In this document: positions 1-13,407 of the stretch, piece after piece
Layout of the letters: each line of letters begins with the position of its first letter
Position numbering within the stretch: the first letter of the stretch is position 1
Translations under genes and position numbers: made by a program
Notes under the pieces: generated by a model
Told to the model about the DNA's origin: nothing
Databases searched by the model: none
What the model saw: only the letters and a program-made list of their open reading frames with translations
Assembly (NCBI GenBank): GCA_021613535.1
Contig: CP075494.1
Coordinates: 7,068,001-7,132,000, forward strand
DNA from: Adineta vaga
Lineage: Eukaryota; Animalia; Rotifera
Direction of reading: 5' to 3'
DNA: 64,000 nucleotides

Positions 1-1522
1 AACAGAAGTAAGATCGATATCAACAATGATTCAATTCAGATCAATCATACATCGAACTGACTTTGTTCTTCAATGTAATATATTGGATTATTATTATCAA
101 TGAGAATAAAACAACTATTGATTATGTATGCTATTTGTAAGATGATAAAATAATCTCATGAGACATTAACATCAATATAATAAATACGGCAGTTATTTCT
201 TGAGTCAAACTAAAAAAAGAAATATCATCACATTCCTAAATAACTAAACGTATCTGTTTGAACATTGATCGTTTTTGAAATAAATCTATTGAGTACTACA
301 TTCTTTCTTCGTCATATTTTCAAACTAGATAAGACATTTTCATTAATTATGGAAATCTTGACAAAAATCAAAAGTCAACTTATTCCTTCATGAGATAATT
401 CAAAGTGACATAATGAATTTATTTCTAATGTAATATGAAATGCATTCGGACAGAAAAGCAAAACATGCATCTCTAGAGATACAATGTATATGTATACGAA
501 ATGACGAAGGACAAATGTTTTTCTTAATACTTCATACGTCTTAGAAATTAATTAAGCTTTATGCTGCTAGATGTCTTGCTATTTTGGGATGAAATTAACT
601 AATAATAAAATCAACAAACATATAGAAGACAATTTTATGCACATCGACACATCGTTTTTCTTTCAGTGTTCTTCTTATAAACAATTGTTTCTTTGTAGAA
701 TAATCGAACGAAGATTTTCTTTTTTGAGATGTTTTTAACATTGTTTACACTCGGAAATTGATTTGAATTTACCGATGGTATAAAGAACAAACATCGACTA
801 CTCTTCTATCATTGATTGAGGTAGAAAGAGAGGGAGAGAGAGAAAACAAAAAGCGACGAACAAATAACACATCTCGAGACAAGAAAAGACATACTTCGGT
901 AAGAGATGCGTTATTATTCTCTAAAAAAATAATATTTATGTAGAGAATTCCTTTCGCTTCAATGAATGACATGATTGTCACCGTGATGATATAAAATTTC
1001 TCAAAAAAAGGGAAGACAGAATTCAACAAACTATAATTTCTTTTTTTGAGTTTACTATAACATATGTAGATAAATCAACGGCGCAGATGTAATGTCATGT
1101 CTTTTTGTCTAGTTATTTTCCTTTCTTCTTTTTTGTTTTGTTTTTACTATTTGTCATGTCAACATCTCCGAGACAAAAAAGCAACAATTATCAAACGTTA
1201 CGCGATGTATACTTTCATATGATATAAGCTTTTTGGAGAAAATAAATGTCGAACATAATTCTCGTGCGTGGGTAGTTCTAATTATTCATTATAACGAACG
1301 TATATTATTTGAATTAATGTTTGGTGAAGAACTCACTCTTAATATAAGTTGTCAAATAGATGAAAGTTCGACAGTTTTTTTCTTCTTCGCTTATTAATCT
1401 ATACTCAAGAGATTTGACGGGTACAATATAGTCCAATCTGATTTTTTTATGCTTTTCATCAGTCTTTTTCAAGTTGATCGAAGAAGAGAACGACGATGAT
1501 AGGTTGATCTTCTTTATTTTAG

Positions 1523-2644
1523 ATGTTGATCTTAGAACGTATTCGAACGATTGCTATCTTATGTTTATCTGTATTTGGATGTACAGGCAATATTCTCACA
1601 TTAATTGTTGTTAATCAACGGTTTTTTCGACGAACAGCATCAGCAGCTTTTATTTCCGGTTTATGCATCGCTGATTGTTTTGTACTTTGTTTACATAGTT
1701 TACAAATAGTGACAAAACTTCGTCCACAAGTGACACGCTATGATTGTATTGTTTTCTTTTTTATCGATGTTTTTCGTCTTTTATCAGTATGGATTGTTTG
1801 TTTTATCAATATTGAACGTTGTTCTCTCGTTTTCAATCCATGTCACATGCCACGTTTAACAAGTCAAATCAAATCACGTCTTTTTGTCATTTTATTATTT
1901 TGTTTATCATTGATTATATTCAGTCATTACACATATCATATGCATATTGAATATGTTTATAATACAAATCAAACTATACCTAGTCGATCATTTTGTGCAT
2001 TTAAAAAAGATTTTCATCGATTAACATGGGAATCCATACGATCTGCGTTAACTTATTGGTTAACTGTTCCAATATGTATTGTTTGTAATTTTATTATTAT
2101 TCAACGTCTTCATCACGCATCACGTATTGAACGTTCATTAAGTCCTGATTCGAAAACGAAATTAGATCTCTCTAGTAAACAACGACAATTAACAGCCATG
2201 TTAGTTGCATCATCCGTTTGTTTTATTGTAACAGCAACACCTTCAACAGTTCATGCAATTTATTTACTATTATCAAAAAATTTTGGTAGTCATCAATATG
2301 TTATTCATATTTTTACAAATATTCTTTTACATTTTCATCATGCATCAAACTTTCTAGTTTTTATTTTTTCATGCGCACGTTTTCGTATTGAATTAGTTGA
2401 ACTTTTTCGAAATTATTTTTGTTATAAAATTTATGCAAATTGGTATAAACGTTCATCACAAAATACCGAACAAATTGTATTCTATTCGGCTAAACATCAA
2501 CGAACACCAGTAAAATTATTATCACAAAAATCGAATATGCAACGACGCAATAATCCGAATGGTATTATCATTTTAGGGACGAATAATTATAATAAACGAA
2601 ATGGAAGAAGTTATGGTCATCATATGCAACCCCTGTGCAAATGA
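1523..2644 (+). CDS. Class A (rhodopsin-like) GPCR, peptide-receptor-like, intronless coding region
   Basis: 373 aa with seven hydrophobic segments. TM1 GN (CTGNILT), TM2 LCIAD, TM3 end IERC in place of DRY, TM6 FIVTATP, TM7 ASNFLVF followed by RFR helix 8. A TTTTTAG acceptor directly precedes the ATG. Confidence 0.9.
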   Translation: MLILERIRTIAILCLSVFGCTGNILTLIVVNQRFFRRTASAAFISGLCIADCFVLCLHSLQIVTKLRPQVTRYDCIVFFFIDVFRLLSVWIVCFINIERCSLVFNPCHMPRLTSQIKSRLFVILLFCLSLIIFSHYTYHMHIEYVYNTNQTIPSRSFCAFKKDFHRLTWESIRSALTYWLTVPICIVCNFIIIQRLHHASRIERSLSPDSKTKLDLSSKQRQLTAMLVASSVCFIVTATPSTVHAIYLLLSKNFGSHQYVIHIFTNILLHFHHASNFLVFIFSCARFRIELVELFRNYFCYKIYANWYKRSSQNTEQIVFYSAKHQRTPVKLLSQKSNMQRRNNPNGIIILGTNNYNKRNGRSYGHHMQPLCK

Positions 2645-3815
2645 ACAACTATTTCATGAACATATGAACATGTCTTTTGTTTTTTTTCTTTGTCGATTAT
2701 TTATTTGAAAATATATCATATGGTATCATTTCAGTTGAAATCGAATGCAAAAGCTAAGATAGAATGTCAGATGTACTTCAAAGAAAAACACAAAAAGTTA
2801 TGTATTATGGTATACAATAGTCAATTTATCATACAGATGTCAAGTCATAACAAAAACTGATTGGATTTGAAGTCACGCATACATTAGTTTCATTTGTACT
2901 TTACAGGATGAAGTTAGTTGAAGATTTCTTTAATGATAGATAGTCGATTCTGTTACAGCGATTATGATAAATGTATTGCTTCGACATCAGAGAGAAACCA
3001 CCTATCAAAACAAATATCAGAATGATAGAAGAAATAGTAATTTTATGTATTGTATGTACTTTTAAGTTCGATCAAAGAGATTTTGCAATAGTATCTGAGT
3101 GTAATAACTTATTAATCTCTTACATTAATTTAATTATAGACAAATCAATGTCAAATCTTTATACTTTCTTCATTGAATCAAATAGCATAAAATTTTCTTT
3201 ATAACAACAAATCGATTATTTTCTTTTTACAGTCAAACTGAAAGAAAAAAAATGCGTTCTTTCGTTCTGCACGAAGTTATGATATTTGCTTGTGGATACT
3301 ATTAATACCGTGCGAAAAACAGCATTGATGTTGTCCTTCACGAGATTTTTTCTTTTTCTTCTTTGTTCTGCACATACTCACGAAAAATTATTTCATCTAA
3401 TCGCCTCATTTACCAAGATTGATTAAACAACCAATTATTGTCCGGCATCAGAAAAGATCTAAACGTATTATATAATAGAAGAATTTCTTCAAACATATTT
3501 CCTCTTCATATCTTCATCCGTTTGAAATATCACTCTTCTTCCTATTATCAACATACACATATAATAACAAAAACAGGTGCACAATTTTTCTACTTCATTT
3601 GATTGATATGCATAGAGTAAAGAAACTAAAAAAAGAGAGAGTGCGTAGGAAAAACATGTAAAACAGAGAATGAGAATAAGAAAACTATTTTCGATTACTC
3701 ACGTGTATATCATCCATTGGTCATGGATCGATGCTCTCTTTTTCTTCTCATTTATTTCAATCGATAAAACATTGATTCATTTACATCTATATTTTTAGTT
3801 GATTTTCAAAAAGAA

Positions 3816-5837
3816 ATGAGATCAAATCGTAGTGATCATAATTTATATCAAACATATTCATTAGATACAAAATTGAAAACTGATCAATACGATCGTGATG
3901 CTGTTTCTTGTGATAATTTCAATATTGAACAAAATTCAAGTTTACATTATTTATCGTCATCAACAACTCAACAACGTACATCAATAACAAAACGACGACA
4001 AAATACTGTCATTAATGGTACAAATGGATTGATTATTAATGGTTCATTCTTTGATAAAGAACTATTTCAACCAACGAATTCATCCTATATACTTGATTTT
4101 AGTAAAACACCAAAAGAACTCACTCGATTTCTTGATACACATCAAACACCAACAAAATCAGCACATATTGATACTCATCTATTTAAACTTTCATTTGTTA
4201 TGACGCTAGCTGAATGGCGTGTTGATAAAGAACTTCTAATTGATTATTGTCCACGTGACGATAATGAAAAACAAATTATTGAAGAAGTAAATCATTATAA
4301 AAAATTTTGTTTTCCAGAATTAAATTCTAAACAAACAAATGGAGGAAGTCTAGTTGATGAAGCATCAACTTATGTTTTTACACGAACAAGTTCCAAAGGA
4401 CTAGTCGAATATGGATATTGTCGACGAATTAATTATAATGATAAGCAAATAACAGATTTTCCAATTGTAATTTGTATTGGTAATAGGATAGTTTCGAGAA
4501 ATATTACATATTTCTATTGAATTTTAGTTTCAAGATATCCATTTTTTAAACTTTATGACGCAATTCTCAATGAATTGAGTAGAGGTAAGAAATGTTCTCA
4601 TCTTCGATCAATTATTTTCTTATATTTATTTTAGTTTATACTAATAATGAGCATGAATGTAGTGTTTTAATGCAACTATTCTATTCTGCATCTTTACCAC
4701 TTCCATCATTAAATTCTTCCTCAAGTATTATTTGTAAATTAAATCACAATCGTGTATTTTATTATACATGTTCTTGTGATTATCGTCTTAATCATGATTA
4801 CTTCTATACTTTGCTTACATCTCTGGAACCTAATCATATTGTTTATCTACTTGAATCAATGTTACGTTCAAAAAAAATTCTTTGCTTTTCATATTCATTA
4901 ACTAAATTAACTAAATGTTGTCTTGCTCTATCATTTCTAATGTATCCATTCATGTGGCCATATCCATTTGTTTCATTAATGCCATCTTCATGGATACAAG
5001 ATCTAGTTGATTCTCCGTGTCCATATATTTATGGTTGTTTACATGAATCTATTGAACTTTTACCAACAACAATCGAAAGAGATTTCTTACGTGTCGATTT
5101 AGATTCCAATACAATTGATATTGGTCTTGACGATGGAATTATTCTTCCATTAGATCTTCGACAAACTTTACAAGCATCTTTAGAATATTCTATTCGATTT
5201 CGTTTAGGTAAATCGAATGCAACATTGATTAATATTGCTACTAGTGAAGCATGTTTACATGTATTTACGGAATTATTTCATCGTTTACCAGAATTCTTTA
5301 AACGTGATCAGAATTCGATCGAATCATCGAAAGATGCAGAACATTTTACAGTCTGTTCAAATTATTTTCAAAGTGAAGATAGTGGCATTGATTTACAATT
5401 AAATGATACTCAAGAACAAACAATAACGAACGAATGTGAAAGAAAAGAAGAAAATCGACTTGGATATGAATTTCGATCGGATGAATTCCTTATTCTACAA
5501 CCTACATCTTCTTATGTTACATTCCTGAATGATTTTATTCATGGTATATAAAAAATAAACTGAATCTTTTCTTTGTAACTTAACAATTTTGCTTTCATAG
5601 GAATGATTTGCTTGAAATTTCTCGATGACTATGAACGTATTGATGATCATCATAGACAATCAATTTCACTATTCAATCAACGTCTTGAAGAACGACATCG
5701 AATGACAATGGATACATTATCAATCAATCCTGTTATGATTTAGACAAACATTCGATCTATTAGAAAAACAAATCAATCAATCATCCAAATCAACAAATCC
5801 ACTCTTTTCAAGACTTGTAAAAAAGTTTTTCGAATAG
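3816..5837 (+). CDS. DENN-domain protein (DENND1/2-like Rab GEF), 4 exons
   Basis: uDENN motifs KFCFP and YVFTRT..GLVEYGYCRR; DENN core LMYPFMWPYPFVSLMP..DSPCPYIYG. Introns ~4480-4527, ~4585-4634, ~5543-5600. In-frame TAG at 5741-5743, but the +1 frame continues FRQTFDLLEK..NPLFSRLVKKFFE* to 5837, so the end is uncertain. Confidence 0.8.
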
Positions 5838-6280
5838 AATGATATGGTACAATCTTTTGTCGTTTTTTCATAAATAAAATTATGTAATCATACATTCCCA
5901 GGCTAATGTCAAAGAGTATGAGCAAAATGAATAGGATATTGAACAGATTTGAATATTTATTAAAAATTTTCTTCGTTATTCAGCGCATTCGATTAAAAAT
6001 CTCATGTCATTGTGTTTTCTATCGTCGTTTTCTCGACAACAAAACGAGACAATCAGTTTGATTAAAACATTGATTGAACGTCATTTCTGGTATTTTCCTC
6101 TGCGTCAGCATCGTCATTTGATGTTTCGATAAAGCAACGAGGAACAGGTCTAAGAATGAGAAAATAAAGCTTATTTTCTAACGATCGATCAATAGTAAGA
6201 CGACTTCAGTTTCGATTAGCTAATATGTTTTATCATTAATAAACTTCAATTCATCCTATTTCATTCAGGATCGACACGCT

Positions 6281-6382
6281 TTTTTTCCTCTTTCTCCCTC
6301 TCTCTCTCTCTTCTTTATTACTCGCACTACCGTCACAAGATACAATCTATCGACGACAATCGTTGAGTAGGAGTAGAATAAA

Positions 6383-6414
<32 letters not shown>
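6281..6414. repeat. CT-rich tract (6281-6313) and (AG)14 microsatellite (6387-6414) in complementary orientation
   Basis: Read directly from the sequence; lies upstream of the neuropeptide gene. Confidence 0.9.
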
Positions 6415-6419
<5 letters not shown>

Positions 6420-7084
6420 TCGATTAAAGAAAAATCTCTGTTGAAAAGGCACATACAAAGACCGAGCAGTTAATTGCCCGTTCATTTCTAATCAAGGACA
6501 CTATTTGTATATATATACATGTCGATAGAGAAAAGACTCGAAGCTGAAAAATCCGATAGGCACTAGTTGTTTAAAGATTGAATCATTCGGCTGACGGATA
6601 TCTATAGAGGTAAGATGAAGAAGTGGGAAAAACTTAACCGAAGAGATTTATTGTTTCCTTCATTTAATTTCAGGAAATAGTACTTTGAATAATATAAAAA
6701 TCATGAGAATTCTTTTTTTTTACACAATCAATTCTAAGTGACATACATAAGTCCATATTGAAAACATTTATTCTACATTTTTCTTGTATTTTTGTTATAT
6801 GAAAACGTCCCATCATTTGTAAGAAGATCTTATTAATAGAATTTTCAGACGTCATAGAATTTTTTGCCTAACAAACAACATATAACTTCTTCGTTCATTC
6901 ATCATCATCATCACACTTGTCAAAAGTCGAAACAGTTAATTATAACTGTTGAATGCATCAATGAGTTGTATGCATCATTACTAACTATTTCTTCATTCTG
7001 ATAATTTTTTACTTGATCATATAAATATTTTAGATCCTCTCTCCTATCTCATCTGTTTTTTTCGTCTGTGTCTTTTACATCAAT

Positions 7085-7462
7085 ATGCATTATAATTCAA
7101 TCGTCGCATACATCATTGTCATAATTTTTGCAATGACAATTGTTTTGGCTCAAGCAAATAAAGAACGAGAAAAATTTGCTGATCTTCTACAAAAACGCAA
7201 ACATCTCAATGGTTATTGGGTAGGAAAACGATTTGTAATCGCATCCGATGAAGAACCCTTGATCGATACAGGTAATTATCAATGATTTTTGTTCGATTTC
7301 GAAATCTTCGTCTTCTTCTCTTTAGAAGACGATCTTTCAGAAGCAAAACGAGCATCTTATTTAGTCGGTAAACGTGGCACATATTTAGTTGGTAAACGTG
7401 CTTCGTATCTTGTCGGACGAAAACGTCGTAATTTGATGGTTAATGATCATTCTCACCAATAA
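7085..7462 (+). CDS. Neuropeptide precursor (107 aa) encoding KHLNGYWV-amide, ASYLV-amide x2 and GTYLV-amide
   Basis: Signal-peptide-like N-terminus (MHYNSIVAYIIVIIFAMTIVLAQA). Exon 7085-7271, GT-AG intron 7272-7325, exon 7326-7462 = EDDLSEAKR ASYLVGKR GTYLVGKR ASYLVGRKRR NLMVNDHSHQ*. Repeated G-KR amidation/cleavage sites. Probable 5'UTR intron 6610-7033. Confidence 0.9.
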
Positions 7463-8134
7463 ACATTAACAAACAATTGTATACGTTTAAAAAAAGTCTT
7501 TTTCCAAACAAAGATTCATCTTTTCTTGTGCCTACTGCTCAAGAGCAATAGAAACAATAAAAGAATATATTTCTGATTTCTATCATTTAATATTAATATT
7601 TATATATATATATATACATATATAGACAATTAGATTACGTAGATTTCTTTCCTGAAGATTATTTTCCTATGAAATAATAATAAATTGAGTCTGACATTTT
7701 AATCGATACTTATTTTGTTAGAAGGAACAATATCCATGCAAATGAAATCGTTCACATGGGAAATATACTGTTGAAATTTGAGACCAAGGATGATGGTTCG
7801 TCCTCGATTTTGTAGTATTATCACGGTTTAATAATCAAAGAGAGAAGAGTATCGATAGATTGAAATTTTCTAGCTTTTATGTTAGTAAACGAATTGATAA
7901 GGTCGGTCGTTTATTTGAAATGTTATTATTAGATTCGCTTTTTAATCTAATCTGAAAAGTGCTCTTTTGTGTAGATTTACAGACAACTATTTTTTATTTG
8001 ATAATTTTTCATCATACCAAGAACATTAAAGATCTGACATGAATAAAACGCACACATATTTCAATAAATTCCAATCAAAATCGAACAAAAAAAATAGATA
8101 AATAAAACAGAAGAAGATATTCATCATCAAATTG

Positions 8135-10014
8135 TTAGTTTTCAAAATCAATGATAGGGACATTGGGAGCGTCATAGAAATTGTCAATTGTATGTGTCAG
8201 TATCAAATTTGTTGAAGTATTACTTAATCTTCTTTGAAATGGTTTTCTAAAAGAATAAAATGCAATTTAACGGAGAAAGAAATGTCATTTTATCGTAAGT
8301 GTTACTTGGCTGTTAGGATGCCTTCATAAACAATTAATTGATTTCGAAATCCTTCATTAGGTTTAATACATGAACGTCGTTTTTTCACATATTCAAAAGC
8401 ATCTACCAATGAATGATTGTATTCCTTCATTAAATATGCGATAACCTAGCAAGAAAGCAAGAAAATAATCAATTTTAATGGCAATGAATTTACCGTCGAA
8501 GCTGATCGACTAACACCCATTTTACAATGAACTAAACAACATCGATGATTCATTCTAAACAATAAAACAATGATTTAATAAGTCAAAATAACAGAATTTT
8601 TAACTTGGCTTTATTGATGAATTGAAATGTTTTCTTCCACTCTTTTAATAGATCAACATTTTCATTATCGTATACACGAATATTCATATATGTAAAATGT
8701 TCAGGAAAGAAATTGTCAATTTCATCGGAAATATTTAAGATATAAGCAATATTCTTGAATTTTAGTTCTTCGAAATCTGATGCATTCCATTGAGAGCCAA
8801 GATAAAGATATGGTAAGATTTGTGTTGCTTTATCTCTTTGTGCAAAAATTTCGAGCATGGTATTATCAATATAGTGCTTATAGGCAGAGAGTGACATTTC
8901 AAAAGCATTTTCCAATTGTTCATGTAACTATTGATAGACAATATTGAATCTTGATTACAAAAAAAGAGAACAAAAAACTTACAAATTTTGTTGTGACTTC
9001 ATCAAGATTAACTTGTAACATGATTTCTTTTAGTTTGCAGTATATACGTGTACGAAAGATGTCTTCATCGTTCGCCATCTGAGGTGATAACAATGGATTT
9101 GATCGAATTCTTTTATTACGGTAGTATTCTAACCAATGGTATGTAATACCTTTATAACGACGAGCTTGGTTGAATAGCATATGTAAACTCTGATATGCAT
9201 TCCTACAAAAGGCAATAAGAACGAACGGAGTTTGAATAATAGAATTATTTGTAACATACCAAAGAGTGCGAACATTTATTGGTTTGAAAATATGACGTCG
9301 ATCGTAGGAAGTTATTTTGAAACAGCTAAAAAAGAAATTAGTTTTGTAGATAAAATGTCACATGTTTATTTCTTTGGAAATAACTGTGTTTCAGGTACAC
9401 TTTCATCAAAAGATAATCATCAGTGAAGGTCGTGCGACATATGTGAATATTCCCGTAGTGTTCTTTGTTTTAATTAAGCGACCTTTAGAACTTACTCGAG
9501 AAAAAAAAACTTGTGAAACACGAACCATTGATTATATATATAACTAACAAAACTTACCAATTACCATCAAGTGAAATATTCAGATCCATCGATATTGGTA
9601 TGATCAAATCAATAGTAATCTGATTTTCTCAATATTAAGACCAAGAATAGCTGACCTAAAAAAATTAGTCCATATTAAATGATTCTTTTTTTGTCTTGTT
9701 CATACCCTTCCATCTGTTGTTTTTCAGCACGTGCGATAATTAATAGATAACGAAAACAATTTGCACTATCATTTTTCAATGGAACTATCTATTGAATAGA
9801 ATTTGAATAAAGAAATAAAACAAAAAAAAGATACTTAGAAAGTACACACCAATGTAATATGATCATTGGTTTGTAGAAAATTGTACATCAATGCCAAATG
9901 TGTAATCATATTCACATCCTGATACAAATTTACATTTCCAGCAACGATCTTTGTCGAATGATGGTCAAGTTTACGATCAGGAACAGCAATGAACTTTGTC
10001 AAAATCAAGGTCAT
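8135..10014 (-). CDS. ssh: Slingshot-family dual-specificity phosphatase (multi-exon; 5' end uncertain)
   Basis: DSP motifs [28 protein letters not shown] and [18 protein letters not shown]; DEK-C-like [18 protein letters not shown]; SSH N-domain-like [17 protein letters not shown]. Stop at 8135-8137. Confidence 0.85.
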
Positions 10015-10727
10015 CTTAACATAGATAATCGTCTATTTGCTTATCGATATATCCTGGACATACGAATTTATTGTATAGAATGATAAATAATGGATTCTTT
10101 CTTCTGATGATACGTCATAGAGAAATAGGATTGTGTTCATTCAGTGTATATAGAAGAACGAAGAAACGCAAGAAAGTAACTGTAATAACACTATCCGAAC
10201 GATAAATTTCCATTGATAACTTTATAGTGCATCACAACAGTTTAGTCTTTTTGTAATGATTATATACAGATGTCGCATAGACTTTTTTGTCAAACTGATT
10301 ATTGAACACTTTACATGCAAATTAGTTCATCAGTTCTATAGCTAATGATATTATTAAATTCTCTGCGGAAATCAATGTAAGATAACATTAGATTTCCTCC
10401 TAAGAAGTTGACCTTCTCCTTCTGTTTCATTCTCTAAACATCTGAAGAATGTTATCGTGTCACGTTTCAGCTCCAGATATATTAACTTCATTTCGCAATA
10501 ATTACTTTTTTAATATAATCCTATTTAATCACTGGAAGACCTTCAATGACAACACATATCATTTGACGATCTATTTACCATCAATTCATTTCAAGGTCAA
10601 TATTTACTAAGAAACAAGATTGTTTTCAATCATTTATATCGATGTTTATTTCAAAGTCAATAATATATAGGAAAACACGATATTAGAATTTATATATACT
10701 ATTGAACGAGAAATTCTTTCCGAAATT

Positions 10728-12995
10728 TTATTCTTTACAATCCATACGATTGAGTAACACTGTTTCTGAAGTGTAAGCACTAATTTTTGTACTTGTTTCA
10801 CAATGTCCACTATATCTGTTAAATAAAATTAAAATACTAAAAAAAAAGCGGAATGCAATGATTTCTACGTACATGAGTGTATCTTCAAGTGATTTGAGAC
10901 GAAGGCGTGAAATAACAACTTCATTTCCTTTTTGACCACCCCATCCAAAAACTAAAAAGATCTCGAAAATTTAGATTTTATATTTCAATCACAAAAATGA
11001 TTACTAACATTGTTTTGCTTTACTGAAATATATGACAGCATAATCAATTTTTCCCAAATCAGCTTGATAACTGAATACATGTCGAAGCATATCACCAGCT
11101 TTAATGTCAGCATTGGATCTTTAAAAAAAACCGAATCAAATCAAATCTTTCAATTCATTGTCTATTCAAAACGTACTTTGATGTCATACTGACATTAGCT
11201 AACATTTCATAATCGGAAAAGATAGCGACAAAAACTTCACCACTAGTTTTAGCCATATCACGATCAAGAACAAGTTCAACAAAATAATGATAACCACAAA
11301 ATGGTGAACTGCTTTTGGTTGTAGAAAACATTTTACCACGACCAAGTGAATAGATCGAATAGAAACCTATGATATAAGTGTACGAAATCTTAAACTAATA
11401 AAATAACACAATTACCCATTTGAGCACAACCAGTAATAGGACAAACAAGACATTTACCATTCATAAAACTATCCTATAATAAAAAGATTCATCTCCATTT
11501 TGATGTTTATTCGATTTTTTTCTATTTTACAAAATCATGACATGGAAATGCTGTATATGGACATTCGGAACTAAAATTAACATTGAAAAATTCTTCATCG
11601 ATTTCACAGTAAATTAAACTTACTGAATTGATTCAATATAATAACCATGTGCACGACCTGTTAACATAATCTTATTTCATTATATTTTCAATATTAATTG
11701 TTACACTTACCATGTGAACATGAAGCTTGTTCATAGGCAGCTATGATCACAAAATATGACGCTTATATTTATACTTTCAAAATCTATTTACCTTCACTTT
11801 GACCACCGATAACACCGCCAATAAGTGCGCCACTGTATGAAAATAGAAGATTTTATGTACAATCTGAAAATTTCTATTACATATTTACACTGAAGGACAA
11901 CCGGGTTGTGATTGACCACCATTAGCATAGAAATCAATATGTCCTGACTCTTCTGATGTTCCAAGACCAAGTCCAAGAGCAATTTCTGTATTGGAATGAA
12001 TAACATCAACAAATTTAGCATCGCTTTTATCCAAACGAACAGCTGTTTTCTTTCCCGAAAACAATGGACCAGCTGGATCAAGACCTGAAATACGAGCTAA
12101 TTGATTACCAACAGCATTCGATGCTTGACCACATGTATGTGCACCAAGACTATGACCTAGATAAATGAAAAATGACATACAATTGTTGTCTTATTCACAA
12201 TTTCAAAATCAACATACCAATACAATGAACTTTATCATATGAAATGCCTTTTAATTCTTTCAATTTTTCCAAAAGTAAACCAATTTGTTTACCAACAAGA
12301 CGAGTATTAGAAGCAGCATTAGGATATAATGGAAATTTTGCACCATTACCCCAATCAACAACAATAACATCCGATAATTCATCCTAGAAATAGTGTCTCA
12401 TGCATAGATTGAACTACAAAACATCATCGTTCTTACATTGGTCAATTTTAATAATTCATTTTTTAATTTTTTCATCCATACACTCTCACGATTATTGGTA
12501 AAACCATGAATAATAATTCTCAACCATCGAGAAGGATTGATATCAGCGTTTCGAATTGAATCATCATTGTCATAGAAGAGAAATTCCGGGTTTGTTGGAG
12601 TTTCTTGTGTAAAAAAAAGGAAAGCTGTATCAACAAATTCCGGAGATTGTGGAACTTCGAGACCAGCATTATTGAATGGTTCATTATTATCGAAACAACC
12701 AACAAGTGGATAGCACACAGTTGTATTAGCAGCAGCACGAAGTGGTGAAGTTACTTGTCGTTTAAGAACAGCATCATTTGCAGATCTAATTGGAAGATTA
12801 TCAACTGATATACTGTCAATTGTTAATGGCTTATTAGCGAGATTTTGGGATGGAATGAGTCGAGCATCGTTGCAATTGAGGGTAAGAAAAGAAATCAATA
12901 AGCAACAAAAACCTTCATAGAATAAATGAATTTTAGTAATATAGTTATCAATAAGAAATAATAAAAAAAATGGTCTTACTTGCTTTACGATGCAT
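10728..12995 (-). CDS. Pancreatic lipase-related secreted triacylglycerol lipase (multi-exon)
   Basis: Spliced N-terminus [17 protein letters not shown] (signal-like). [25 protein letters not shown], catalytic [54 protein letters not shown]. Confidence 0.9.
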
Positions 12996-13407
12996 ATTGA
13001 CGAAGGAGAATCAAATGAGAAAGTAGCGATCGGATGATAGATAAATGAGTTTAAATCAGCAGAAAAAAAACAGCATTTGTGCTTTTTCTCATCAAGCTAT
13101 ATTCAAAGCATCATCAGAAGTATACCAAATAAATATTGTTCTCAGATAACGAAAATATAATCATTGAGTTATTTTGAGAAAAAAAATGTATGCTTATGAG
13201 TTTTCCGAACGATGATCATCTTCGAGCGACCTCTTTTTTCCGATCTCCGACATTATCATCTGTCTGGCATCTCCGTTCAGAAAGACACATACATTCAAAG
13301 AAAGATCATTCTTTATATATAGTTCCATTATCATCATCTTTCATTTTTTTTCTTTCCATTTTTCATTCATCTGATTGCGACGTAGTTTATCTTCTACGTA
13401 TTTGACA

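Noticed and set aside
769-1029. 86-aa minus-strand ORF
   Set aside because: Non-ATG start, low-complexity promoter-like DNA, no recognisable motif.
1093-1160. Two TGTCATGTC direct repeats upstream of the GPCR
   Set aside because: Too short to distinguish from chance without conservation data.
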